DNA of 61,838 nt, the filler included, from Basidiobolus meristosporus CBS 931.73 (taxonomy: Eukaryota > Fungi > Basidiobolomycota), in the NCBI GenBank assembly GCA_002104905.1. It is 3 parts of 3 records of this genome, joined end to end, with 100 filler letters (N's around TTAATTAATTAA, not from the genome) between each part and the next. Parts side by side here need not be neighbours in the genome. Positions count along the whole stretch, not along the records: positions 1 to 29,830 come from MCFE01000862.1; positions 29,931 to 47,318 come from MCFE01001090.1; 1 more part is not named here. The stretch is one strand, 5' to 3'. The notes below the pieces were generated by a model. The model did not search any database. It was not told the DNA's origin and saw only the letters and a program-made list of their open reading frames with translations. The position numbers and the translations under genes were made by a program. This document shows, in pieces, positions 24,231 to 37,387 of this stretch; position 1 is the first letter of the stretch, and each line of letters opens with the position of its first letter.

Positions 24231-24776
24231 ATGATCCCCTTGGAAGGCAATGTGGACATCTCTCGACTGGCATCTTACGTATCGACCCGCCTTTGGCTCG
24301 GCACTCGACAAGCGGCCGGGTCGGTGGAGTTCCTCGAGCAGCAGAAGATCACCCATATCTTGGTGGTGGGGAAGAACCTGGCCCCAGCCTTCCCCTACAA
24401 ATTTGTATACGAGACGATCCCGGTGCTGGACAGAGACGAGGAAAACATACTGCAATACTTTGATCAGGCCTACGAGTTCATCAGCGGGGCGCTGGACCAA
24501 TCCCCCTACAACACAGTCCTCCTCCACTGCTCCATGGGGATCTCCAGCAGCGCGGCGTTCGCGGTGGCGTATCTGATGCGTCGCTACCAGCTCCGTTTCG
24601 AGTACGCACTGGAGAGGATTCGCCAGTGTCGCAAATGCGTGTGTCCCAATCAGAACTTCCGCCGCCAGCTGGCATTGTACGAGACCATGAACTATCGGGT
24701 TCGAAAGATAAGCTTCATGTATCTGAAGTTCTCCACCGCGATGGCGTTCGAGAAGAATCGTGGCACGCTGGTCTGA
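24231..24776 (+). CDS. Dual-specificity phosphatase domain protein, DUSP12/YVH1-like, with catalytic-loop Arg replaced by Ser
   Basis: LWLG..AA, ITHILVV, IPVLD, VLLHCSMGISSSAA, AYLM, CPNQNFRRQLALYETMNY. Intronless; start taken at the first ATG (24231). Confidence 0.9.
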   Translation: MIPLEGNVDISRLASYVSTRLWLGTRQAAGSVEFLEQQKITHILVVGKNLAPAFPYKFVYETIPVLDRDEENILQYFDQAYEFISGALDQSPYNTVLLHCSMGISSSAAFAVAYLMRRYQLRFEYALERIRQCRKCVCPNQNFRRQLALYETMNYRVRKISFMYLKFSTAMAFEKNRGTLV

Positions 24777-25378
24777 CGGTGTTCGATGCGGTGCAATGTG
24801 ATGTGGTCGTGCGGAGTGGAAATTTTCTCCTCGGTGACTCCTCCTTTCGCGCGAAACCCATCATCTACGTCCGACGGGCGTCTCGTATGTAATTATCCCC
24901 CCCCCTCATTTCACCCAAAATAAATATGAATCATCCAAGGATCTTCATTAATTTGGATGACGTATGAAATTTGGGAAATGCTCCGTCCATCGGGTCTAGA
25001 CCCAGGGAAACCGGAACCATCCCTGACATGGTCTCAAGATGGGTTTGTTTGCTTGCGTGCGTATGGCGCAAATCCCACCTCGTATCAGGGGGAGTCGAGT
25101 GATGAAACCCATCGATCCCTCTAGGCCTTCCCTGGCATCCATCTGGCCGGTGGCGACGAAGAACACAACACGGCGAGTCAAGTAAAACGGTATCATGTCG
25201 GATTCAAATCCAAGGAGGTGTGACTCGACTGGAAGATTTCCCGAGCGGGCCATGGCTTAGCTCCGCTTTGGATGGATCTAGACCTCGTGGGTGGAAGTGG
25301 GTGGAAGTGTTTATTACTATGACTGGTATGAAGTAGGGCGCACAGTGCTTTTTTGACCGGGGGTATGAACCGGTCCGC

Positions 25379-26458
25379 TTAGAGCGTGACATAGGTAAAT
25401 CCGCCTACAAGTGCTACGAACCAACCGGCTGTTAGCGTGCGGCTGGCGCCAGAAGACACCCTGCTTGCCGTAGGAGCGGAAACACTGGCGGTGGGGGTGG
25501 TGGCCAAGGAGCTGGAGGCGCTGGTGGTTGGCAGGGTGGAATTGGCCTTTTTGTTGTTGTTTGGGGCGTCTCGGTACATAGGAATCCGGTTCCCTAGGCA
25601 ATCAGCCACCGTCTCCAGCGTGTAGTTCTTGCCGCGGATCAAGTCAATGATCCTGTCGGTCATGCTTACGCTGAAATCTTCAATGTCATGTTGCAGAGAG
25701 ATGAAGCTGCTGGTGGGGGTGCCACGGTTCAGCTCCTGCTCGATGTTCGTGTAGACCAACTCGTACTTCGATGGATCTCCGTGGTAACGCCAATCTTGGT
25801 TCAGGATCGGATGAATATTAGGTGCCGCGATAAGATGGGAGTGTGATTGCTTACCATTGGAGTCGACGTTCCAGTTGATGATGGTGTAATTCATTTGCAC
25901 CAGGGTTGACCGGGTGCTGTCGTTACACTCGCCATAGGGAGGCCTAATTATGGTTAATTAGCGTCTGTAATCCCCGCCAATGAGCAGTCCGGAACCTACC
26001 TCATATAGTTGGGAGTCACTTTAATCACGTTATGGACTGCCTGCTCCACAAGAGTCATCTCCTCTCTGATTTGGGCATCAGTCATGTTATTGAGGTGTGG
26101 ATGGGTGTTGGTATGTAGAGCTATCTGGTGGCCATCATCGTAGGCTTGCTTGAGAAAGCCAGAGGTGGAGGGCTCGTTCACGTTCACGCCCAAGACAAAG
26201 AAAGTAGCTGTGACTTGTTTCTCTTTTAGGGTTTTCAACAGTGCAGGAGTAAATTGGCTAGGTCCTGATATGGAAGATGTCAGTCAAGGCTCATCCCACA
26301 AATCAGACTACTGGCTTACCATCATCAAATGTCAGAGCAAACACGCCCGGCTTTTCACAGCTCAGGACGATCCCTTCACCGATATCTTGTGCGTGCACCA
26401 ACGTTGCAAGGAGGGTGGTGAGGATTAAAAATCTTTGGGCTAATGTGGATATATTCAT
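25379..26458 (-). CDS. Secreted, probably GPI-anchored chitin/polysaccharide deacetylase (CE4), 3 introns
   Basis: Signal peptide MNISTLAQRFLILTTLLATLVHA. All five CE4 motifs appear after splicing (TFDDG, HTNTHP, RPPYG, DSNDW, LQHD). Ser/Thr-rich linker and hydrophobic C-terminus. Confidence 0.93.
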
Positions 26459-27003
26459 GTTGATCTATTATACTGTAACGATCTATGAGAAGAAGTGGGA
26501 ATAAAGATGGTTGGAACGTGTGCCTCGACCGCGTCTATTTATTTCCTTCCCTCAACATACATATATGCAGGAGAGTTCATCAGATAGCATATCAAGGAAG
26601 TCAGCTTGTGCTGTCAGCACTTAGATAGGGATCGGCCAAAGAGGGCTTCTCAGATGTGCAATCAAAATTGGAACCAAGTGCATTGTGCTGCTCTTGTAGG
26701 GGCTTCATCAACACCCATCGGTGCGCGGCTACATCGGGCCCGTATATGTACTCACCCAGCTCCCCTACAGCAAAGGGATTTTTGAGCAAGGGAATTAGGT
26801 AAGCACGGAGTTAGGCAAAACTCGTAAGTTGTTTACATCAGCGCTTAGGCGGGGCCTGGGCTAGGGTTGGAGGGGACTAAGCTGGTAAATCTTCGAAGAG
26901 GAAAAATTTTCAGCTTGACGGAATTGGGGTGGCACACACTTCCATTTTGACATTCCATGCTTTTCTGGTCACAAATCAATCCAGGTTGAGCAAAGCTGCC
27001 TGG

Positions 27004-27010
27004 TGATTGG
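27004..27010 (+). promoter_or_regulatory. Candidate CCAAT box (TGATTGG) about 245 bp upstream of cytochrome c
   Basis: Matches the HAP-complex core known from the yeast CYC1 promoter; short, so it could be chance. Confidence 0.3.
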
Positions 27011-27253
27011 CCGGGAAGCACCCCAAATATATCCATCTACCTTTCCGAGTGGATGGACGCGTGAAAATACGTATCTTGCATGCAGGTGGATGAGAGCTGC
27101 GCTCAAGAAAAATTTGAGTCCTTCCATATCCAGGAGGCAAGAGAAAAATATGGGGTATCCCATGGGGGGCTTCCTCAGGTATATATTCTAATTATGCGGG
27201 GGAGCATCCAGTCAAGTCAGTTAATCCTTTCTTACTACTACTAACACTCAAAC

Positions 27254-27577
27254 ATGGCCCCCACTGGTGACGCTACTGCCGGAGCTAAGCTCTTCAAGAC
27301 CCGTTGTGCCCAATGCCACACCGTTGAGGAAGGTGGTGCCCACAAGGTCGGTCCTAACCTTCACGGTCTCTTCGGACGTAAATCCGGTACCACCCCTGGA
27401 TTCACCTTCACCGCTGCCAACATCAACAAGGCTGTTGTCTGGGATGAGGAAACTTTGTTCGACTACCTCGAGAACCCCAAGAAGTACATCCCTGGTACCA
27501 AGATGGCCTTCGCTGGTTTCAAGAAGCCTAAGGATCGTGCTGACTGCGTCGCCTACCTCAAGGAATCTACTGCCTAA
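27254..27577 (+). CDS. CYC1: Cytochrome c
   Basis: 107-aa intronless ORF with heme motif [15 protein letters not shown] and [13 protein letters not shown]. Confidence 0.98.
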   Translation: MAPTGDATAGAKLFKTRCAQCHTVEEGGAHKVGPNLHGLFGRKSGTTPGFTFTAANINKAVVWDEETLFDYLENPKKYIPGTKMAFAGFKKPKDRADCVAYLKESTA

Positions 27578-28180
27578 GCGAGTCCCATCCTCATACATAT
27601 AATCTGCATCAATCCTTTTGTTCCCATCCAATATCATATGTACACAACCAGTTCCCCTGCTACTCACGCGTAATCTAACATCCACATACCAAACAGTAGA
27701 ATAAAAGTTGATTACCAAGGAATTCTCCATTCCATCTCCCATTGCTCTGCCCATAACCATCAACAATCGTGCATGGCCTCGCATGGGCGGTCAACAACGG
27801 CCCGTTGTGATGGGTAGTGGTTCTGCATAATGAGGCGCATCTGGCAATTGCGTGTGGATGTATTTACTTGGTAAGAAGTTAATAAAAAATCCCACAGCGG
27901 GGCGCAACAGATATGAGATGAATATGTTCGCAAAGTCTAATTCACAGAAACCACCCAACTTGGTGAAGTGGGCGGCGATATCCCAACAAGTGGTGTTTGA
28001 GGAAAGGAAATCAGTCAAAGGTAAAGTGAACAAATCTACAGAAACTATTTAATCTTTTCTAGGTGGTGAGGCTGGGTTAAGTTGGGCCGGGGAGTGGTTG
28101 CCGGGATCTTTGATCGAGTCTACTCCAACACTAAATAAAATACGGAACCATCCAGCGTTACATCAATCTTGCCATGTCCA

Positions 28181-29079
28181 TTACATCACAATACAGCAAC
28201 ACCCGCTACTGCCCGATTCTTCACCGCCGTGGCTATTGTGGTGGCCACCGTTCATGCCGTTCCCGTTTTGTGAATCGCGGTTGAACTTTCGGATTTCTCG
28301 GACAATATTGTAAAAAGCCTCGTCAACATTGATCCGTTGCTTGGCGGATGTCTCAATGAAGGGACAGTTGAATTGTCGAGCGAGGTCTTTTCCCTCTATA
28401 GTAATCAAGAGGTAGGTTAGTTGTGCGCGTGAAGGGGGGGAGGGGGGATAATGGTCTCCATTGTGGATGAAACCAACCTTGCGAGGATACTTGTCGTTCA
28501 CTTTCTAAATCGCATTTGTTCGCAACAATGATAATAGGGAAATAATCGACATCGTTCACGCGTAAAATCTGCTGCTGGAAAGTGCTGATCTCCTCAAAGG
28601 AGTGCCTGGAAGTGATACTGTACACAAGGAGAAAGCCCTCGCCTGTACGCATATATTGCTCTCTCATGGCGCTAGAAACTGATTACTATCTGAAGATCCA
28701 GGCGTTGCCGAGGTGTGGGTAAGGACTTACTTGTATTCTTCTTGACCGGCAGTATCCAGAACATCCAGCATGGAAATCTCGTCGTCAATCACGCATTGCT
28801 TACGGTAAGAATCTAAACATTCAACCAGGCGGTTAGCGTCTCCGCCGGATCTACCAGACTCCAACAACGCTCACCTTCGATAGTGGGATCATATTCGTCT
28901 ACAAAGTGAGACTGGATAAATTGTATCGTGAGGGCGGATTTACCAACACCTAGGCGTGTTCGAAAGTAGAAAAGAGTCAGTAAAGAGCGCGTAGCCAGGC
29001 TATGACAGAGGCTTCCGCATTACTAACCACCACCACCGACTACAACTAGCTTATATTCTCTATGGACTTTGGCAGCCAT
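28181..29079 (-). CDS. RAS1: Ras GTPase, 4 introns
   Basis: Spliced [49 protein letters not shown]; C-terminal CCCIVM CAAX box. Confidence 0.97.
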
Positions 29080-29830
29080 GACGGGGGTTTCGGGAACGGG
29101 TGGAATACAAAAGGGCGTGGTTCAGAGGCAAAACTAAAACTGGCGTAATTCAAAAAAGCTCAACGGCGAGCGCAAGGATAAGTGCGAAAATCCAAAAGTA
29201 CAGCAGAGGAAGGAAGTTAAGGAGCTGAAGAAAGCTATTATTGCTTGATATGGTCCGATCAAGGGAGATTAAACCTGATGCATCCAACACTCAATGATTA
29301 GTTGGAATTCGACAGATAACCAGCTCCCATTAATAATTGTTATATTTGAATAGATTAAATTGGAATTGAATGCCGTACAACAGTCATTCGTTTGTGGTCA
29401 TTTGTTAGATTCGTAATTTGGAGAATTCTCTATGCATTGGTGCTTCACCTTCAGCGTGGACGCTTCCATCCTGTGCAAGCAAGTGGCTTCCGTCGTCCTT
29501 GTTACACAGTGCATTGGTTATTCGGTACGCGCACGTGTCGTAAGCAAGGGGCAAGCTTAGCTGCATGGCCCAGAAGGAGGTAATGGTTTGGTCAACACGT
29601 GTTTGGAGTGGAGTGTGTTACCGAAGTCACAGTCAGATACAATGTTTCAAAAGAGACGTCTGTTTGTAACTAGCAACAATGATCACCACCTCCAATCCAG
29701 ATACATGGTCATCAGCCGCTTAATCCAGATAAATACTAGATAGACATTTTCCCATAAACTAAACAATCTTCAAACCACACCACCATTCAAATAACCGCCG
29801 ATGCCTGTGCTTCATGACTTCAAGGACTCC

Positions 29831-29930
29831 NNNNNNNNNNNNNNNNNNNNNNNNNNNNNNNNNNNNNNNNNNNNTTAATTAATTAANNNNNNNNNNNNNN
29901 NNNNNNNNNNNNNNNNNNNNNNNNNNNNNN
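29831..29930. other. Assembly gap spacer (44 N + TTAATTAATTAA + 44 N)
   Basis: Six-frame-stop linker inside an N run; identical layout at 47319-47418. Confidence 0.97.
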
Positions 29931-30729
29931 TGGAATGAATATTGCCACCCTGACTATAGAATGGGCTATTCCAGGAGTGTTTCACCATCGTAGGTGAATG
30001 ATTTGTTAAGATCTGATTGGCTTCTCTGCTGGTTGGCTGTGGAATGATTCTTCCGCAAATACGACCAAAAGAAGCCAGTTTGCTTACTGTTGCCTCTTGT
30101 TTCCAAGCTCAACCTGAGCGAAGATGTCGTAAAACAGAAGATGTATGGATCTCAACGAAACAGCCAAGGGGCGCTCCCACAAACAGCCATAGATTTCCCA
30201 AAGTAAACTTGCATATACCAAGTGGATCGTATACCTCGAGTACATTCACGGCATATATCTATGTAACAGGCTGGCAATTCATTGGAGAGCCATTTGGTCA
30301 CTCGGCCATCCTGTATTTGAAATTCTCAGCGCAGTTGGTATTGCTCATTCACTCGGTTACTCACATCGTTGGGAACAGGTTTAGCGACTGCTGATTGGGG
30401 TAAGGCAGGGCGGATTGTCAAGATCCACATATGGTCAATCTCTGTTGAGTGGCAATACAAAGAGTGCATTCATTAGCACTTGGTGGTACTGGTACACATG
30501 ATACGCTTGCACAAGAGACGTCTTGTTCCACTCCATTTGTTGGACGAAAAATAGTAGGTGCCATGTACATCACCAGGTCTATCATGACATGTGAAGTGCT
30601 TGGTGAGAGGGAGACAGCATAAATGGCACCGCAGTTAGGGAGTGGTCACCAGTAACCGACTCGAGGATTTATTGGCAAATTCCAGATTCATCTTGATAGT
30701 CCAGTCCACACACTACTATCTAAACCTGA

Positions 30730-33574
30730 TCACCATATCGTACATTTATTGGGTGGATTCATGGGCGATCCTACTGGGCAGTTGAATGCCTTGGCAAATT
30801 CTTGATTGTTACGTAGAACCCCATTAACCCTGTGCTTGTCTGGCGAGTGTGTGTCAACTCGGAGCTGCAGCGAGAGCATGAGTATTAAGCATTGCCATTC
30901 ATTAAGGGGAGCAGATTCTATTACCTTGTGTAACGATGCTGTGTCATGCAGATTGCTACACCACATACGGGCAAAGGAAACGAAAAAGAGTTGCTCAACT
31001 GTCATGTTGCCTAATCCTGGTAATCTTGGATTATTCAGGTCGAATTCCTGGGAACTCGGGGCAGAGGATTTCCATGCGTTATATGCCTCTATAATACTAA
31101 ATTTCAATTGAACAGATTAATCACATCCAGTCACAGATCAACCACCCGATCACACTCACCCAGCATTGTCTGTTATGGAATATTTGGAGAAATCGTCAGT
31201 ATCTCTTTGAGAAAACATTCCCTCCCGGACTTACCTGCGATATTTTCTCCCAGAGTAAGCTTTGGATTTATTGGCAAGTCCCGTCCATTTACCCTGACCC
31301 TGAACCTTGAATATTGTTTGACCAGGCATTCCGTCTTCCTAGTAAACGCCTTGATGGTGCTATTATCCCACCACTATGATACAAAACTGTGAGTTGACAA
31401 CCACATAGAAATTCATCACGGGGGCACGTACTTGGCGCTGTTTCCCATATTTGTCGAATAAGCTCCCTTTGTTGTCGAAACCATGCTGCCAAAGCTAATC
31501 AACGACCGTCTTTCTGAAAGCAACGACTGGCACTTACTGTTAGTTCGTGACCCATTATTGTTCCAATTGCCCCGTAATTAAGATAGTCTGGCCTATTGGC
31601 GTCATACAGGGGCTTCTGCAAAATACCTGGACGTGGCAACGATTTAGATCGGGATCGGATCCAAGGCCAGTCACCACATAAAGATTACCTGCCGGAAATG
31701 CGATCTCATTTCGTCGATGATTCTACGATTAAGTCAAAGAAGTAAATATTGGCGTTGACCTCTACCAGACATGCTACACCTACGTAGAATGCATTGACGG
31801 TAATGGGCGATTCCTTCCACTCTGATCGGTCTACAGGCTTGTCAATTCTCTCGAAGTGCTTCTCAAATACCCACATCCGATATCGGATAGCATTGCCGAA
31901 GTAATCCTGTGGATCTACCGCGAAGTGCTGATAATGGCGTTCAATGGATTCCGGCGACATAATGTTGGGTGATTTCAGAGGGTATCCAATTTTTTGAACC
32001 AGATGATCGATCTACATCGTAAATGAATTAGAATCCATGGTTCTAGGCAAATCAACTGCCACTGCCAACCAACCTTTTCCTTAGCCTGCTCCATCCCCTC
32101 TTTGTTCAACCATTTGATGGTAGGTAGCCTATCCTTGAAAGTCTTCTTGATATCGGAGATCATTCTATTCGCCAACTTCTGGCTGTTACCTGGGGGTGTG
32201 AGTAGGATCTTAATGAGTAGTTGCACAGAAATCGTCGGATACTTTGCGAATACCTGAGAAATATTTGAGTACGTAGTACCTTCCCAAGACGGGCCCCATA
32301 GCCTCATCTGCCAAGGACAAACACATCTCCAGTCTTGATTCCGCTCCCTCGACTCCTGAAATCTTCCCCTGGACTAATGAAAAGAGCCTACGGTAACGGT
32401 CTGGCAAAAAGCTGATGTTCCTGGTGATGATTCGCCAAATCAAGAAGCCTTGAACTGCTTGGGGACTAGCCTTTGTCAAAACATCCAACGACAAACCTCT
32501 CATGAAATTCGGGACCTTTGCTACTATAACCGTGGAATCATGGACAGAGACGTTTACATGTAAAGGAGGAGAGAGTATGGTCTTGAAGAGCAGTTTCCAG
32601 TTGATATTTGGTGAGAGCTTTGAAAGCGATTCGAGGTTGTAAGGATTGTAAGTGTATGTAGGGTTAGACATTTGCTCCCTTTGCAAGTAGTCAGGTTAGA
32701 AAGATTGCTAGACATCAAACAAACTTCGATGCTTACTTATTGGCCATGTATCCAGAGAGTAGTTTCTCAAACTTGACAATCTCGCTGCTAAGCTTTTTTA
32801 TATTCGCCTCGGACAGCACATCAAAGTGGTGCCCAAGAGTTTTGAGATCTTTCGACAATTGAGAGAGTATGGCCATTATGGAGAGTTGGTAAGTCTGTAG
32901 TACTTGCGGCTCCGAATAGTACTCGGTACTTGGTAGACCAAGATGCGGCTGCATAAGATAGACAGCGTGGTGTAGTGGATTTTTGGAGTCTGCCTCAACG
33001 TCCACCCCAAATAAATGCCATATGCCTTGCTGACTTATTCTTGCTAGAGCGATGGTTAGCTTATCAAAGTCGATTTTCTTGTCATTTTGGGCCACCGGGA
33101 ATTCATTAAGTACTATTTCAAGTAGAGGCACTAATGGCTTGACTCCGTAGCTTTCTATTTTGTTAACATCCAAACACGCGTTGTAAAAATCCCGTGCCTT
33201 GTTGTAGATTCGTCGATCAGCCTCTGTGGATTTTGCTAGGATCTCCGGCTCCAACTCTAGTATCTCCAAGAGCGTAAGCTAATATGGCTGTTAGCAAAGT
33301 CTGGGTTGAACTCCAAGGCCAGAAACAGTACCAACTCTATTGAAAGCATCCACCAAGCCAAATACACTGATCCTGTTGGTATTTTTCGAAAGGGCATTGC
33401 GCTTTTGCCAGCCCCCACCTGGTGTAACGAATTTAGTGATAAACCCAGATGGCAGCGAAGTGAAGAAGTATTACAGCTAAATTTGTAAAAATCGTTACAA
33501 GGATTGTAAGCCTGATCCAGGTCTTGTAAAATCGCCTCTGCTTCCTCCTTCAGATCGACTAAATTAAACTTCAT
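30730..33574 (-). CDS. M13 family zinc metallopeptidase (neprilysin/ECE-like), multi-intron; true start uncertain and possibly further upstream
   Basis: [29 protein letters not shown]|HGFD across an intron, [17 protein letters not shown] and C-terminal [16 protein letters not shown]. Confidence 0.9.
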
Positions 33575-35389
33575 CTGTTGTTAAGCTGGTTCCAGGCAGC
33601 CTGTCTTTCAATAACTATTCATCAAACCTTGTGGACTTTGCTCTTAAGGGCCAACGACCGCATCGCCTCAGAGCGGATGGGTGATATTCGAAGACTCCAT
33701 AGTGAAATCATGATCAATACAATACCTATGCGTTTCTGAAAAGACTTTTGGTATGCAAACATGATGACTCAATCGTTATATTATATGTAGTAAATAAAGC
33801 AGTATGCAAGCTGCAATTAAAGAATACTTTCAACGCTCAAGTTGCTTGCGAAGTTTATATATAGTCGCCATCGAGCAGCGTACTTCGCCACATCCAAAAC
33901 ACCTCATGCATGAAACTCTGTTTGCCCCCTCTTTGTTATGTTCTGCGAAATATCCGATGTCAATACCTCTCGTACTTCTCAACAATCCCCAAACACTATA
34001 TTGGATGCGAGTGCAGACTATCAAGATCCTCGTGAGCCTTATACCCCTCGTGAGCAAGTGATTCTCCTTCCTTTGACAACTGCCAATCATCTCAAGATAA
34101 TCCTTACCCGAGATTTCATGATCGGAAAAGGCGAAGTGTCACACAATAGATACAGACACTGTATCTGAAAAGTAATCTAGTAATAAACGTCCCATGATTA
34201 ACAAAGGTACCTGCCTTGAGTCTGATAGTTGGACAAATTTTGGAATTCAACTTCCCTGTGTGGCCACGTTGCGAAGTTGAATTTCAGAGCAAAATACTAA
34301 ATAGGGAAACAACATCGTACTTGTACTGTGTTCGAGCACATTGAACTCAAACATATGCACAAGTGCATATACAAATAAAATGAGGACATTCATCATTTTG
34401 GGGTGGGGAATCCATTAGATCAGTCAACGATGTTTTACAGGGAATTTGGCTCGAAATAGAAATGAGCTGGTAGCAAACTCCAGTTTCAAGCAAAACCAGT
34501 GGACGAACCTAGTTAATGGTACGATTTATGGAAAACACCGTACTTGTCACTCATTTTCTAGCTTGGACCGTGTATGGATTGAAAAGCATTGTAGGTGTCC
34601 AGAATACTCCATGGAATCGGAAAGCTGACACATTCTTTGAAACATATCGAAGAACATACCGACCAGCCAATATGTACACCATAGGGCGAGTTTTCTGAAA
34701 TGGACACTGCGCATACGAAACATATTCCCCACAAGCTGACGTGCATTCGATATCAAGGGAATTTTGGGGATATTTTCGATGAGCTAATAGCAAAATATCC
34801 CAGAGTAAACGAATTGAAGCATACAATGAAACTCAAACCCTGCCAATGAAGATGCAGAATCAACTCGGTGATTCATCGTTATATATTAATTAAATACCGT
34901 CTTCATGATTCGGACAATTGGTGCTATTGCAAATTAAGACTGGGAATCATCATCATTCCAACTTTAAATCAGCCATCTTTTCTTATAAATGCCAATTTGA
35001 AGATCAATTTCGCTTGACTTATTATTTCTATTGAGATCAATAATTTTAAAAATTCGCTATATTTGGCGATTTTAGGAACCCAGGTAAATCTCGAATATTG
35101 TCCTTCAGAGGCAAACAAAACTGCCATATTCGCTCTCTAATCTCATTTACGTTTGAATTACCTTTCTACTCTCGAGCTGTCTTGCGTTTCTAGTCTTTAT
35201 TCCTTCCATTCACTTGTTTTGCATCAACGGTCAACTCAAATATCATATAACATATCTATAACTTGCTATTTGAAGGTAAGTACCTCCGAGAGTTCTTGAG
35301 CTTTCATGACTGCTTAGTTACCAATTCCTTCAGTTCAAGCAAGTCTTGCTCCATATCCCGTAAATTTACTTCGACCTCCTTATCTCATC

Positions 35390-36684
35390 ATGGGTTGTTG
35401 TGTTAGCCAAGAAGATCTTGATGGTCGCCGCAAAAATGACGAAATAGAAAGTCAGATAAAGAAGGATAAACTGTCACAGAGAAATGAAGTAAAAATGCTT
35501 TTGCTCGGTATGATTCAGAATTCTTACCAAGCGTATGCTTCGTTATCTTAATATTTCCGAACAGGCGCAGGAGAGTCCGGAAAAAGTACAGTACTCAAGC
35601 AAATGAAGCTAATTCACGAAGGCGGCTATAGTGTAGAAGAGCGTGTGTCTTTCAAGGAGATCATATTTTCCAACACCGTTCAGTCTATGCGAGTTATTCT
35701 AGAGGCCATGGAGAATATGAAAATACTACTTACTGATGAGAAGAAAGCAATTCACGTCGGCACCATTCTTGACCTTCCTTCACAAATCGAGGGCGACACC
35801 TTGTCACCTGAAGTGGCTACTGCTGTTAAGTCTTTGTGGGCGGATAAAGGCGTTCAGGACTGCTTTCTCCGTTCCCGGGAATATCAGCTAAACGATTCTG
35901 CAAAATAGTAAGCCTTCAGAAATATGAGCTTCGTTTTTAACAACGCATCTGACTCTTACGAACTATTATAGCTATTTTGACTCAATAGACCGTATCGCCC
36001 ACCCTGATTACATTCCTTCGGACCAGGACGTGCTGAGATCTCGGATAAAAACCACGGGTATCACGGAAACCACTTTTCATGTCGGGGATCTTACGTACCG
36101 TATGCTTGATGTTGGCGGACAACGATCCGAGCGTAAGAAGTGGATTCACTGTTTTGAAAATGTTACGGCCATCGTGTTTATGGTGGCAATCAGCGAATAC
36201 GATCAGACATTGATAGAAGACGAAACTGTGGTAAAGTCCAATTTTGTCGTTTGACACTTGTTGGGTCTAACTTTAACCGTTCCTTAGAACCGAATGCAAG
36301 AAGCGCTTACTTTGTTCGATTCTATCTGTAATTCCCGCTGGTTCGTCAAGACGTCAATCATTCTGTTTCTGAACAAAATCGATCTTTTCAAAGACAAGAT
36401 CGTGACATCTCCCATGAGACGTTATTTCCCTGACTACACAGGTACTGTTAAGGTTTGCATGCGTGTATGAAGCATTTACTCAACCCCACGCGATAGGCGG
36501 CGAAAATTACGACCTGGCCTGCAAGTACATTGAGCACCGATTTGTGGCTCTTAATCATTCGGACACCAAGCAAGTGTATACGCACTTCACGTGTGCAACC
36601 GATACTCAACAAATCAAATTTGTGATGGCTGCAGTCAACGACATTATCATTCAAACCAATCTCCGAGACTGTGGTCTTCTGTAG
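35390..36684 (+). CDS. Heterotrimeric G-protein alpha subunit, fungal group I (Gi-like), multi-intron
   Basis: MGCCVS acylation start, [32 protein letters not shown] and C-terminal NLRDCGLL. Confidence 0.97.
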
Positions 36685-37387
36685 AAATCATCACGGACTT
36701 TCATTCATTTCATATAGCGCCTTTTTACGTTTGTTTTGAAGACAACCGATGTCTAGGTGTCACTCATTTTGTTTTTACTCTTAATGTCTTCCATTTATTG
36801 ACCATAGAGAAAAGTGCAAGTCGTGCCGACCCACTTCGAGACCAACTCGCTGCTTGAATTTCACCACTTTTCGAACCACAACAGTCTCTTCACCCTTCGC
36901 TCTATTTTTTAACTGACCTTCAACCAAAGTTTTTGCCCACCTTTAATATCCTATTTTAGCAAATCCTAATAATGTAGCTTCAAACTAGGACTGCAGTTAC
37001 ATCGTTAAAGATAATACATACACCCATGTTGCTTTTGTTTAGATAAATTGCTTATTTCAGTTCGAAACACCCGACAGAAAGTGCGTTCATAGATGCCTTG
37101 TCATTATCAGCCCCGTAGCTCGTTGCCAGTTGATGTGAAGGCCGGCAAATTAGATGGCAGCAGCCCCGCAAGTGCCATTTGTGGCGGTCGCCGGGGGCAG
37201 TATCCTGCCGTAACATATCTGGCCCGAAGTTCCTAAAAAGCATATGTTGATAGGGTGGCATTTCCATAGTCAGCCAGCTTCAAACGCGTTTGAGGCTTAG
37301 TTGGGGCTCCTCACTGGCTGGGAGGAGCGATTTGTCGTATAAAAGCGAAGCGTATCTTGGATACATCTTCTGGAGACAATCTTGATC

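Noticed and set aside
24777-24950. Post-stop in-frame RCSMRC.. as a YVH1 zinc domain reached by readthrough
   Set aside because: Cys spacing and the remaining ligands do not match the YVH1 zinc-binding domain.
29875-29886. Palindromic TTAATTAATTAA inside N runs (also 47363-47374)
   Set aside because: Artificial six-frame-stop contig linker, not biological.
29931-30700. Interrupted hydrophobic reading frames after the first gap
   Set aside because: Multiple stops and no identifiable family.
34551-34826. Possible hAT dimerisation-domain remnant (RKYPQNSLDIECTSA)
   Set aside because: Resemblance is too weak, with no TIRs or transposase core nearby.
27254-36684. Functional clustering of Ras1 with G-alpha, or of cytochrome c with COX7C
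   Set aside because: The genes are separated by assembly gaps and unrelated genes, so adjacency is unproven.
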